From positions 32,001 to 96,000 of the forward strand of contig CBFGJX010000007.1 in assembly GCA_965649225.1 (NCBI GenBank): a stretch of 64,000 bases of DNA, read 5' to 3'. Within the stretch, counting starts at the first letter, position 1. Each line of letters starts with the position of its first letter. This DNA is from a candidate division WOR-3 bacterium. GTDB lineage: Bacteria > Hydrothermota > Tepidihabitantia > Tepidihabitantales > Tepidihabitantaceae. Positions 19,023 through 27,901 of the stretch are shown here, one piece after another. The position numbers were made by a program, and so were the translations under genes. A model generated the notes under the pieces. It saw only the letters and a list, made by a program, of their open reading frames with translations, was not told the origin of the DNA and made no database searches.

Positions 19023-20645
19023 ATGGCGTTCTGGCCGTTGCGCGTGGTGGATGATTCGGCTGTCGGCGCTCTTGCGACAGCAGCCGGTTTGCCTGTCCCG
19101 CTGGCACGTTTTCTGTGGCTGCGCGGGGTGCGCGACCCGGTTGCGGCGTCTGACTGGCTTGAGCCTAGCTTGAGCAAGCTGCACCCGGTCATGCTGCTGC
19201 CGGATATGCCGGTGGCAGTCGAGCGGCTGCAGCGGGCGGTGGCACGCCGTGAGCCTGTGCTGGTCTGGGGGCATGACGATCTGGATGGAATCACTGCCGC
19301 AACAATTCTGGTTCGGCTGTTTGGTCATCTGCGATTGCCAGTCAGTTACTACATTCCGGCCAAGGGTGTCGAGCCGCATGGTGTCAATCCGCCTCAGGTG
19401 CTGCGGTTGTTTGATGGCCAGCAGGGGCTTCTCGTCACGGTTGACTGCGGTATCACCAATCACCGCCAGATCGCCGAACTTGCCCGGTCCGGAATCGAGA
19501 CAATCGTTACCGACCATCACGAATTGACCAGTGGGTTGACTCCGGCAGTTGCGAATGTTGATGCCAAGCGGCCGGATTCGAAGTACCCGTACCGGGGTCT
19601 TGCTGCCGCCGGTGTCGCTTTCAAACTCGCGGCTGCGGTGGCCGAGGCGACAATCGGCCTCGGCTGCCGCGAACTGATATCGGCACTGCCCGAGCTTGTC
19701 GCGCTGGCAGTGCTGGGAACGGTCGCCGACCGGGTACCGCTGACGGGCGAGAATCGCTCGCTTGTCGCCGGCGGCATGCCGATACTGGAGTCGTCCCGGC
19801 TGCCTGCCATCAGAGCGGTCGTCGACCGGCTGCGCGGTCGCGGTGGAAAGCTGACGCTGCAGCAGTTTGTCTCGGCGCTGCTGCCGCTTTTCGCCGCTGC
19901 CAGCGGCAATGAAGGCGTGAGCCGGTTTCTTTCCGCGACGATGGATGAGGCCGAGGCGTGGGTTGATGAACTGGCACACCGGCGCGACGAGTGGCGGGCA
20001 GAAGTTGAGCGAAGCTTCGAGCTCGCCGACCGGGTGAAGGTTGTCGGTGACGGCATTGTGTTTGCCCGCAGTCGTGATTTGTCGCTCAGGACGCTGGGGT
20101 CCTGTGCTGCCCGGTTCAAGGACCGCCTGCAGTTGCCCGCAATAGTTCTGGGTTGGCGTGGTGATCTCTGGGTTGGCGAGGGACGGGGCATGGATGGCGT
20201 CAGTCTGATCGAGCTCCTCAAGGCTCATGCCGGTTTCTTCATCGACTACGGCGGACACCGAGCTGCGGCCGGATTCACTATTGCCGATGAACAGCTGGAT
20301 GGATTTCTGCGCAGCGCCGAGGCCTACGCTCATGAGCATTTCGCGGGCAGCATATTGCGGAGTGCCGGTCCGCAGGCTGATGCGCTGTTGCCGCTCCGAG
20401 ACCTTCGTCCCGAGTATTTCCGGCTTGGACCGTTTGGCGATGGCAATCCGCAGCCGGTTTTTGTGTCCGGCCCGGTCAGACTTGGTCTGCGGGGGCAGTC
20501 GCTCTATCCGGTTGAGCGACCGGAACTGACGCTGTGGCCCGGAGTCGACGTTGCCCCGATGACCGAACGACCAGTCGAGATTGCCTACACGATTGACGAT
20601 GAGGGCAGGGTGACTGTGCTGGGCCAGCGGTTCTTGCCAGACTGA
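19023..20645 (+). CDS. recJ: RecJ-like DHH family ssDNA exonuclease (divergent)
   Basis: DDLDG, TVDCG, TDHH, LGTVADRVPL.GENR, GGHRAAAG, LGPFGDGNPQP. Confidence 0.82.
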   Translation: MAFWPLRVVDDSAVGALATAAGLPVPLARFLWLRGVRDPVAASDWLEPSLSKLHPVMLLPDMPVAVERLQRAVARREPVLVWGHDDLDGITAATILVRLFGHLRLPVSYYIPAKGVEPHGVNPPQVLRLFDGQQGLLVTVDCGITNHRQIAELARSGIETIVTDHHELTSGLTPAVANVDAKRPDSKYPYRGLAAAGVAFKLAAAVAEATIGLGCRELISALPELVALAVLGTVADRVPLTGENRSLVAGGMPILESSRLPAIRAVVDRLRGRGGKLTLQQFVSALLPLFAAASGNEGVSRFLSATMDEAEAWVDELAHRRDEWRAEVERSFELADRVKVVGDGIVFARSRDLSLRTLGSCAARFKDRLQLPAIVLGWRGDLWVGEGRGMDGVSLIELLKAHAGFFIDYGGHRAAAGFTIADEQLDGFLRSAEAYAHEHFAGSILRSAGPQADALLPLRDLRPEYFRLGPFGDGNPQPVFVSGPVRLGLRGQSLYPVERPELTLWPGVDVAPMTERPVEIAYTIDDEGRVTVLGQRFLPD

Positions 20646-21811
20646 TGCCGGCTAAGACAATTGAGGTTATCCGCAAGCGCGGCCGGGGGCGGCATCCATG
20701 GGTATTTTCCAATGAAGTTATTCGGGTGGTCGGTAATCCGCAGGGCGGGGATACGGTGCGGGTGTTTGAGCGGGGCCGGTTTGTTGGCTCAGCGGTCTAC
20801 AACCCGTTTTCCCTGATTCGTGCCCGACTCTACTCAACCGCCGATGAAGAGCTTGATGAACTGCTGGTGACCCGGCGGATCGAAAGCGCGCTGGCACTGC
20901 GCCGGGAGCTGCTGGCGGGCGAGGAGGATTTCCGCCTGCTCTACGGTGAAAGTGATGGTCTGCCGGGGCTGGTCATTGACAAGTATCGCAACCACTTTGT
21001 CGTTCAGGCGTACTCGGTCGCCATCGATCATCGGCTGGACATGATTGCTGCCGTATTGCGGGAGCGGCTCGGGGCCGATTCGGTGTTCGAAAAGGATGAC
21101 TTTCGACTGCGCGATGCCGAAGGGTTGCCGCGTCGGGAGCGGCTGCTGTGGGGTGAGCCACAGTCGCGGGTAATGATCGCCGAGAGCGGAGTGAGGTATC
21201 TGGTTGATATCGTTGCTGGTCAGAAGACCGGCTACTACTTCGACCATCGGCTTACCCGTCGGGCGGTGAGGAATGTGGCGGCGGGGCGACGAACACTGGA
21301 CGTCTTTGCCTACACCGGTTCATTTGCGATTAATGCGGCGCTGGGGGGGGCAAAATGGGTGCTCGGCGTTGATGCGTCTGCCGCTGCGGTCCGGCTGGCC
21401 GGTGAGAATGCCGCAATCAACGGTGTTGCCGAGCGCTGCCGGTTTGAGGTCGGCAATGCCTTCGACCGGCTTGCCGAGCTGGAATCAGCCGGCGAAAAGT
21501 TTGACCTGGTCTGTCTTGACCCGCCCGCGTTCATCAAGGCGCAGAAAGACCGGGCACGCGGTCTGCGCGCCTACCGCCAGATCAATGCGCGGGCGATGCG
21601 GCTGGTTGCACCGGGCGGGGTCATGTTCAGCTCGTCCTGTTCCCACTATCTATTCTGGCAGGACATGCTGGATATGCTCATCGCGGCAGCCGACGAGGCC
21701 GGCCGTCCGGTAACGATACTTGACCGGCTCACCCAAGGGCCGGATCATCCGGTTCTGCTTGCCTGTCCGGAGTCAGAGTATCTGCGCTGCTTTGTTCTCA
21801 GAGTCGGCTAG
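20645..21811 (+). CDS. rlmI: RlmI-like class I SAM-dependent rRNA methyltransferase
   Basis: HPWVFSNE, GESDGLPGL.ID, GQKTGYYFD, DVFAYTGSF, DPPAF, PDHP. Confidence 0.88.
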   Translation: MPAKTIEVIRKRGRGRHPWVFSNEVIRVVGNPQGGDTVRVFERGRFVGSAVYNPFSLIRARLYSTADEELDELLVTRRIESALALRRELLAGEEDFRLLYGESDGLPGLVIDKYRNHFVVQAYSVAIDHRLDMIAAVLRERLGADSVFEKDDFRLRDAEGLPRRERLLWGEPQSRVMIAESGVRYLVDIVAGQKTGYYFDHRLTRRAVRNVAAGRRTLDVFAYTGSFAINAALGGAKWVLGVDASAAAVRLAGENAAINGVAERCRFEVGNAFDRLAELESAGEKFDLVCLDPPAFIKAQKDRARGLRAYRQINARAMRLVAPGGVMFSSSCSHYLFWQDMLDMLIAAADEAGRPVTILDRLTQGPDHPVLLACPESEYLRCFVLRVG

Positions 21812-21830
21812 TTTATTGAACGCGGTCCGG

Positions 21831-23222
21831 TCAACGCTGTAACCGCGGTGACCAGTCGGGCGAAAACGCGCCGGCGGTATTGGTGATCCGGCGTACGTTC
21901 GTGCCGTTCCAGTCCATGGTGTAGATTTCGTAGCTGCCGGTCCGGTTCGAACTGAAGGCGATGTGCAGCCCGTCCGGTGACCAGCAGGGTTCCTCATTGT
22001 TGCCGCTGCGCGTCAGCCGGGTGTAGGTTTCGCCAGTCAGGCTGGTGATGCAGATCTGGTTTGATCCGTCCGGCTGCCGCTGGACAAAGGCAATCAGGTC
22101 GCCTCGGGGCGACCAGGCGGGTGAAGTGTTATAACTACCCTCGTAGGTCAGCCGGCGCAAGTCGGTACCGTCGGCGTTGATGATATAGACCTGCGGGGTG
22201 CCGGTGCGGTCAGACACGAACGCAAGCTGGCGGCCATTCGGTGACCACGATGGCGAAATTTCAATCGCCCGGCTCTGAGTGATGCGGCGGACGTTGCGAC
22301 CGTCGCTGTCGATTATGTAAAGCTCGGACTGTCCTTCGTGGCTCATGGAAAGGGCAATTTGGCGACCGTCCGGCGACCAGGCAACGGTTGTGTTCAGACC
22401 GGGGCGTTCACTCAGAATTCTCACTTTGCGGGTGGCGATCTCCAGAGCGTAGGCGTTCAGGGAAAGTTTGCCGTAGGACGAATAGGCGATGCTGCGCCCG
22501 TCGGGTGACCAGGCGGGATAGAGCTTGAGCCCGCCGGACGATGTCAGCTGGGTCAGGTTGAAACCGTCGTAGTCGACGACTGCCAGTTCTTTGGTCTGAT
22601 GGTCGGTGCGTAGTGAAAAGACAATGCGGGTGCGGCTGACACCGTCTTCGCCAGTGAGCTGGGCGATGATTTCGTCGGCGACTCGATGGCAGAGCCAGCG
22701 CTGGTCGCCTTCGATCCGATAGGATTTGCTGGCGATGCGCCGACCGGCCAGAATGTCATGCAGACCGATTTCAATTGACGGTCCGGCGCGGGGCACGGTT
22801 ATCCGGCCGGTGACGAGGACTTCGGCGCCGGTGGTTGCCCAGCCCTTATAGTCTGGTCGATCAGGGCCGGTGGCGAAGCGCCAGCTTTTGCCCGAGTCCG
22901 GTTCTTCAAAAGTGAAGTGCAGCGAAAAGCGCAGGTCGGCAGCGATGACCGACCGCAGGCTTTCAGCGAGTGGTGCGAGGGCATTTTTTTCGGCGGTGAA
23001 GGGAGCAATTACCAGATTGAGTTTCCGGCGGCTGCCGGAAGCAGTGAGTTTGAGCCAGAGCTCGTCGGCGGGTATTTCGGCCGTGGGGCGGAGGCTGTCG
23101 TCGGTCTGGGCAGCGGCGAAGGATATTACTGTGGTCAGCAGAGCAGCGGTTACAAGGGGGAAGGGGCGGAGTGTCGGCAGCCGGCGGGCGCTGGTGGCAG
23201 AGCGGTGACTGGTCAGTGTCAA
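21831..23222 (-). CDS. tolB: TolB family beta-propeller protein
   Basis: TolB N-domain (HRVADEII..LTGE.G..TRI) plus PD40 repeats (PAWSPDG, PSWSPNG). Confidence 0.88.
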   Translation of the reverse strand: MTLTSHRSATSARRLPTLRPFPLVTAALLTTVISFAAAQTDDSLRPTAEIPADELWLKLTASGSRRKLNLVIAPFTAEKNALAPLAESLRSVIAADLRFSLHFTFEEPDSGKSWRFATGPDRPDYKGWATTGAEVLVTGRITVPRAGPSIEIGLHDILAGRRIASKSYRIEGDQRWLCHRVADEIIAQLTGEDGVSRTRIVFSLRTDHQTKELAVVDYDGFNLTQLTSSGGLKLYPAWSPDGRSIAYSSYGKLSLNAYALEIATRKVRILSERPGLNTTVAWSPDGRQIALSMSHEGQSELYIIDSDGRNVRRITQSRAIEISPSWSPNGRQLAFVSDRTGTPQVYIINADGTDLRRLTYEGSYNTSPAWSPRGDLIAFVQRQPDGSNQICITSLTGETYTRLTRSGNNEEPCWSPDGLHIAFSSNRTGSYEIYTMDWNGTNVRRITNTAGAFSPDWSPRLQR

Positions 23223-23224
23223 GG

Positions 23225-23851
23225 TTAGTTGATTAGCCTGAGCCAGTCGTGGAGCAGGAAATAGAAGCGCCCGATGAGAAGTGAGATACGAGCCATCACG
23301 GTGTAGCCGAATGACGCACCGAAGGCGACCATGATGAAGACGATCCCAATTCGGGAAAAGAGTCCGAGCGCCCCCTTGTGCTCACGGGAGAAGTAAAAAT
23401 AAACCAGGGTGGTGATGACGCCGATGTAGAGAAAGAAGTTGTTCACCGTCACCAGCGGCCGTAGGGTATCGGTTATCTGAGGGAGCAGGTAGCCCTGCAC
23501 AGAAGCGACCAGTCCGAGTCCGGAGCCGATGCCGATGGTGAAGGCAATCGGCCAGCGTGACAACCAGGTCAGTCCGGGAATTGAGCGGGCAAGCATCAGC
23601 AGGCCGAGCGCTGCCGGTACAATCAGAATCCAGGCTTCAAGGTAGTTGCGGCTGGCAAGGTTGCTACGGAACGCCTCGACCAGCATCGGATAGACATCAA
23701 AAGACCAGGCATAGATTACGGCGAATCCGGCAGAAATGCCGACGTAGATGTGTTCAGCGGCCTTATAGAGCGGATTGTCTTTGAACAGGAAAGAGAGAAT
23801 GGCGATCGTCAGTGTTGCTGCAACCCAGGTGCCGATAAGCGATAGCAGCAT
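23225..23851 (-). CDS. Conserved hypothetical membrane protein
   Basis: Several TM helices; LSFLFKDNPLYK.AEH, YFYFS, FGASFGYTVMAR motifs. Confidence 0.85.
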   Translation of the reverse strand: MLLSLIGTWVAATLTIAILSFLFKDNPLYKAAEHIYVGISAGFAVIYAWSFDVYPMLVEAFRSNLASRNYLEAWILIVPAALGLLMLARSIPGLTWLSRWPIAFTIGIGSGLGLVASVQGYLLPQITDTLRPLVTVNNFFLYIGVITTLVYFYFSREHKGALGLFSRIGIVFIMVAFGASFGYTVMARISLLIGRFYFLLHDWLRLIN

Positions 23852-23856
23852 GTTCT

Positions 23857-24678
23857 TCAGTGACGCCGACGGGAAAGCAGATAGCCGGCGTTGCCGATTA
23901 TCAGCAACAGGATGATGAGTGAGTGAGCTGCCGATTGCGCCGGCATGCCCAGAGAAGCCGAACCGGGACGGTTGACCAGCGCTTCGTACTCCGAGGCACC
24001 CTGCAGGCCACCAATCAAGCCGCGAATCTGTCCGGCCTGGAGATAGACATACATGTTGGGAGCATTGACCCCGGTTACACCAACGATGATTGTCTGGTTG
24101 AATCGCCCACCGACGAACTGAATCCAGGCGTCGGCCACCGCCCCGTGGGCCAGCGTTACCAGCAGGGCGATGTCACGATAGCTGTGTACCGAACGCATGA
24201 ACTCGAAACTGTCAATCGGTACGCCGCGATAGTCGGTACGGAAAAAGTCGCGGATTTCGCGACCGATGCCGACCATCATCGCGCTGTAACCGGGACGATA
24301 GCCGATGTTGACATAGTCCCGGCCGTAGATTTTGCCGTACTCGGCCGGGACCTGATTGAGCGCAATTTCAGCGAGAGGAAGCCCGAGTGCGAGCTGGCCG
24401 GTCACGATGACCTTGAGGTCTTTGGAGAAGGCGTGGCGAAGTATCGCCAGCAGCATCGGCTGCAGTTCCGGTGCCGAGGACGGGTCGTAGTCAATCGAAA
24501 TCATTATGACCGAGCCGGGCGGGAGCTCATCAACAGCCCGGAAGGCGTTGCGGACCGGTTCGGAGACGCGGACCGGTGTGCGCAGGCGCAGGAGCAGTGG
24601 AACTGTGACCGCGAGCGCGAGCAGGAGATAGAGCAGCCGACGGTCAATGGCGGCAACAATCGTCCAGAACCGTTTCAT
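23857..24678 (-). CDS. Conserved hypothetical membrane-anchored protein
   Basis: ATG 24678 overlaps the upstream stop (ATGA); N- and C-terminal TM; DYVNIGY, GQI.GLIGGL.GA.EYE. Confidence 0.85.
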   Translation of the reverse strand: MKRFWTIVAAIDRRLLYLLLALAVTVPLLLRLRTPVRVSEPVRNAFRAVDELPPGSVIMISIDYDPSSAPELQPMLLAILRHAFSKDLKVIVTGQLALGLPLAEIALNQVPAEYGKIYGRDYVNIGYRPGYSAMMVGIGREIRDFFRTDYRGVPIDSFEFMRSVHSYRDIALLVTLAHGAVADAWIQFVGGRFNQTIIVGVTGVNAPNMYVYLQAGQIRGLIGGLQGASEYEALVNRPGSASLGMPAQSAAHSLIILLLIIGNAGYLLSRRRH

Positions 24679-25376
24679 GACATATAGGTCCGTTCGATGC
24701 CGAGGATAATCCGCAGCGACATCGCAATTCCGCCGAGCGCAATTCCCAGTCCGATGCCTCGACCGGCAGCAGCCTGGGGCACCGCCATCAACCATTCCTT
24801 GATCGCGGCGAAGCCATTCCAGGCCACGATTCGCTCAATGGGCAGGCCCGGGAACACCCCGTGGATGAGAACAGCGATACCCCGCCAGAGCGTTCCGCCC
24901 ATTGGCACATTGCCGATCATCACCAGCACCGCTGCAACGAGCAGCAGTGTCGCGGCGGTGTTGCGGACCCGGAATGCCCGGTATGCCGCCGAGACGATGA
25001 AGAAGGCCAGGCTGGCAAACATCGTTGACTGCAGCGGTATGATCATGTTGGTGTAGAGCCACATGAATGGCGCCTGAAGCGAAAACGGGCTGCGGAAGCG
25101 GATCCAGGAGTAAAGTCCGAGCGCGATGGTGGCGAACAGACTGACGATTAACAGCAGGCTGTATCCCCAGCCGGCAGAGCGTCGGATGACGCGGGTCAGG
25201 TGGTGACGGGTAAGCGAGTCAATGCCAAGCAGAAAGGTGAAACCGCTGATAATCGCAAACCAGTTAAGAAACCGGGATTCCAGGTCGCCGAACGGACGAT
25301 GGGGGATGAAAAACGCAACGACAATCAGCAGTGCGGAAACAAAGACGATGATCAGCGGCAGTGTGCGTTTCAACAT
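24675..25376 (-). CDS. Conserved hypothetical membrane protein
   Basis: Multi-TM; TMFASLAFFIVSAAYRAFR, RGIGLG...LRIILGIER. Confidence 0.85.
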   Translation of the reverse strand: MLKRTLPLIIVFVSALLIVVAFFIPHRPFGDLESRFLNWFAIISGFTFLLGIDSLTRHHLTRVIRRSAGWGYSLLLIVSLFATIALGLYSWIRFRSPFSLQAPFMWLYTNMIIPLQSTMFASLAFFIVSAAYRAFRVRNTAATLLLVAAVLVMIGNVPMGGTLWRGIAVLIHGVFPGLPIERIVAWNGFAAIKEWLMAVPQAAAGRGIGLGIALGGIAMSLRIILGIERTYMS

Positions 25377-25377
25377 T

Positions 25378-26529
25378 TCAATACGCCGGGGTGAAGAGGG
25401 CGACAAGTGTTGCCGCCAGCCGCTGCAGGAAAGGAAGGGGAAGAAGCTTTGCCGCAGTGCTGACGATGGCAATCACTAGTGAAATGATGATCAATGCCAG
25501 CTTGAGCAGGTCTTCGCCTTTGAGACTGCCGAGCATGATCGGTTCGGGTTTGAGGTAGCAGGAGGCGGCGAAGATTTCTTCACCGATCATGGTGTAGTCG
25601 CAGGCTGCAACAAAGAACGGCAGCTGGGTGGTTTCGGTAGTGCCGGCGAGCTGAATCGCACCGACCGAGTGGCCGGTTTCGGCCATGATCAGCGATTCGG
25701 CATAGAAGTAACCGAGCCAGAACACGGCGCCGGGCTTTTCGCGTAGCAGGATGCCGTCGACGCCAGCGGCATAGCCGAACTGGTCAGATGTGAGGAACGA
25801 CACGTTGTCGGCATTATAGAGGTCGGGTCGGCCGGCTTCGGTGTAGGCTTCCTTGACGGTTTCCTGGGCTGCGGTCATGACAATCGGGTCGGAATTGGGA
25901 ACGATGAGACGGGTTGAATACTCCGCCGACTTGGCGGCAATTTTCCTGAGCAGCGGCAGGGCGGCGATTACCGGCAGGTCGGTGATGTAGCCGAGCCCGA
26001 AGCTGAACAGGGTTGGCCGGCCCATTTCGGTAGCGCGGCCGAGGGCGTCATCGATTGCATCCAGGCCGGCGATGCGTCGGACAAACATCTTCTCGCCCCT
26101 TCGGGCACGGGCGAAATAGATGAGGAATACCGCACAGATTACCACGAGGACAATGAGAACGTTGAGCTGGGGCAGCCGGAACCACTGGGCGCGGGAAACT
26201 ACCGGGCCGGCGCTGGTCGATGGAGCTGAATCGGCCGGGTAGAGCGCGACCACCCGATACCAGTATTCGACGCCGTCACGGGTACTGTTGTCGACGTATT
26301 CGGTTACCCCTGCCGGCTCAAGGCTCAGTTCAACGAAGCCGCTGTCGGGTGCGCTGGAGCGCAGAAGGCGGAATCCTGAAAGTCCGAGTGATTCGCCGCC
26401 GGCCGGCGGTGTCCATTTCAGCAGAACCGCGCCGCCAGCGTCGTAGGGGTTGTCCTGAACCGTAACCGGGTCTGGTGACGGCAGGGCCGCCAGCGCAACG
26501 ATGATGACAGCGGGAATGGTGCCGATCAA
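25378..26529 (-). CDS. Fibronectin type III plus DUF6754-type membrane protein
   Basis: FN3-like W...YVD...YWYRV; RRIAGLDAIDDALGRATEMGRP; QLPFFVAACDY.MIGEE.FAA. Confidence 0.8.
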   Translation of the reverse strand: MIGTIPAVIIVALAALPSPDPVTVQDNPYDAGGAVLLKWTPPAGGESLGLSGFRLLRSSAPDSGFVELSLEPAGVTEYVDNSTRDGVEYWYRVVALYPADSAPSTSAGPVVSRAQWFRLPQLNVLIVLVVICAVFLIYFARARRGEKMFVRRIAGLDAIDDALGRATEMGRPTLFSFGLGYITDLPVIAALPLLRKIAAKSAEYSTRLIVPNSDPIVMTAAQETVKEAYTEAGRPDLYNADNVSFLTSDQFGYAAGVDGILLREKPGAVFWLGYFYAESLIMAETGHSVGAIQLAGTTETTQLPFFVAACDYTMIGEEIFAASCYLKPEPIMLGSLKGEDLLKLALIIISLVIAIVSTAAKLLPLPFLQRLAATLVALFTPAY

Positions 26530-26536
26530 GGTTTAG

Positions 26537-26564
26537 AGCTTAGCCGGCCAGGCAGCCAAGTCAA
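26537..26564 (-). promoter_or_regulatory. sigma70-like promoter (probable leaderless mRNA)
   Basis: TTGACT-N16-TAAGCT, 7 nt before TTG 26529. Confidence 0.55.
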
Positions 26565-26588
26565 TTGCATCAGACCTGTTGGTAGCGC

Positions 26589-26616
26589 TTGACCGGCAGC
26601 GTCGGGTTCGTATTCT
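26589..26616 (+). promoter_or_regulatory. sigma70-like promoter
   Basis: TTGACC-N16-TATTCT. Confidence 0.55.
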
Positions 26617-26632
26617 TGTTAAAAAGGGCTCT

Positions 26633-27901
26633 TTGCACCGCTCCAGATTCAGGTTCGGGCCGCGCCTGCTGCAGCTCTATTTCATTGCCGGACTCCTCGG
26701 GCTGGCCGGAGTCTGGTTTTTCTATTCACAGGTTGTTTTGCTGCGGCTTTCCCGTTTGTGGGACAGCTATGCCCGAACGCTCTCGGCCGAGCTGGAAAGC
26801 GACACCCAACTGCGCTCGCGGCTTTATGCCAAGTTCATGAGCCGGGCGACCGAGCCGTCCGAGTCCGGTTCGCCGGAACTGGACATCATCTTCGAAGAAG
26901 TTATCAAGAAACTCGACTTCCCGGTCATAATCACCGATGCCGAAGGCAGACCGGTTTCCTATCGCAATCTGCCGGTAACCGAACCGGATTCTTCAACGCT
27001 GACGGCAATGGTCAGTCTGCTGGACAGCGAACACGCGCCGGTGCCTTTGAGCGTGATTGAGGACGACAGTGTGCGCAACCTTGGCGCCATTCACTACGGA
27101 GTCTCGGCTTCGACGGTTACGCTGCGGCGCATCAATCAGGACCTGGCGGCTTCGGTGCGCTCGGTCCGGCTGTTTTCGCTGTTTCAGCTTTTTCTCCTGG
27201 TCGGGTTCGTCATCGTCGGGGTCTGGGGCATCCTTGCCTATAAGCGCCGGGAACAGGAGATGATCTGGACAGCGCTGGCCAAGGAGACCGCTCATCAGAT
27301 GGCGACGCCGCTTTCGTCTTTTGCCGCCTGGCTGGATGTTATCCGCACTCGAGCCGGCGCCGCCGACGTGGCAGCGGAGATGGAGCGGGACATCGCCCGG
27401 ATGCGGACAATCCTCGAGCGTTTCAGCCGGATCGGTCTGCCGCCGAAACTGACCCCACAGCGGCTGGGGGCGGTGATTGAGCGGTCGGTTGATTTTGTTC
27501 GGCGGCGGTCACCGCGCAGCGTCCGTTTCACAATCGAACTGGTTGATGATGAAACCATCAGTGTCGATGAAGTCCTGTTTGGCTGGATGCTGGAGAATTT
27601 GCTGCGTAATGCGGTTGATGCCATTGGCTCGCGGGAAGGCGAGGTTCGGGTACGGACGATGCTGACTGCTGACCGGCGTCAGCTGGAGATTGAGGTCACT
27701 GATTCCGGTGAAGGAGTCAAGATTGACAAACTGTTCGAGCCGGGCGTGACAACCAAGAAGTACGGCTGGGGGGTTGGTTTGACCCTGGCCAAGAGAATTG
27801 TCGAAGGTTACCATGCGGGCAGCCTGATACTGAAAGAGACCAGACCGGGCCGGACGGTGTTTTCCATCTTTCTGCCGGTGTCCAACGGGGAGAGGAAGTG
27901 A
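26633..27901 (+). CDS. Membrane sensor histidine kinase
   Basis: Two TMs, H-box AKETAHQMATP, ENLLRNA, DSGEG, FEPG.TTK..GWGVGL; start placed at TTG 26633, downstream of the promoter. Confidence 0.92.
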   Translation: MHRSRFRFGPRLLQLYFIAGLLGLAGVWFFYSQVVLLRLSRLWDSYARTLSAELESDTQLRSRLYAKFMSRATEPSESGSPELDIIFEEVIKKLDFPVIITDAEGRPVSYRNLPVTEPDSSTLTAMVSLLDSEHAPVPLSVIEDDSVRNLGAIHYGVSASTVTLRRINQDLAASVRSVRLFSLFQLFLLVGFVIVGVWGILAYKRREQEMIWTALAKETAHQMATPLSSFAAWLDVIRTRAGAADVAAEMERDIARMRTILERFSRIGLPPKLTPQRLGAVIERSVDFVRRRSPRSVRFTIELVDDETISVDEVLFGWMLENLLRNAVDAIGSREGEVRVRTMLTADRRQLEIEVTDSGEGVKIDKLFEPGVTTKKYGWGVGLTLAKRIVEGYHAGSLILKETRPGRTVFSIFLPVSNGERK

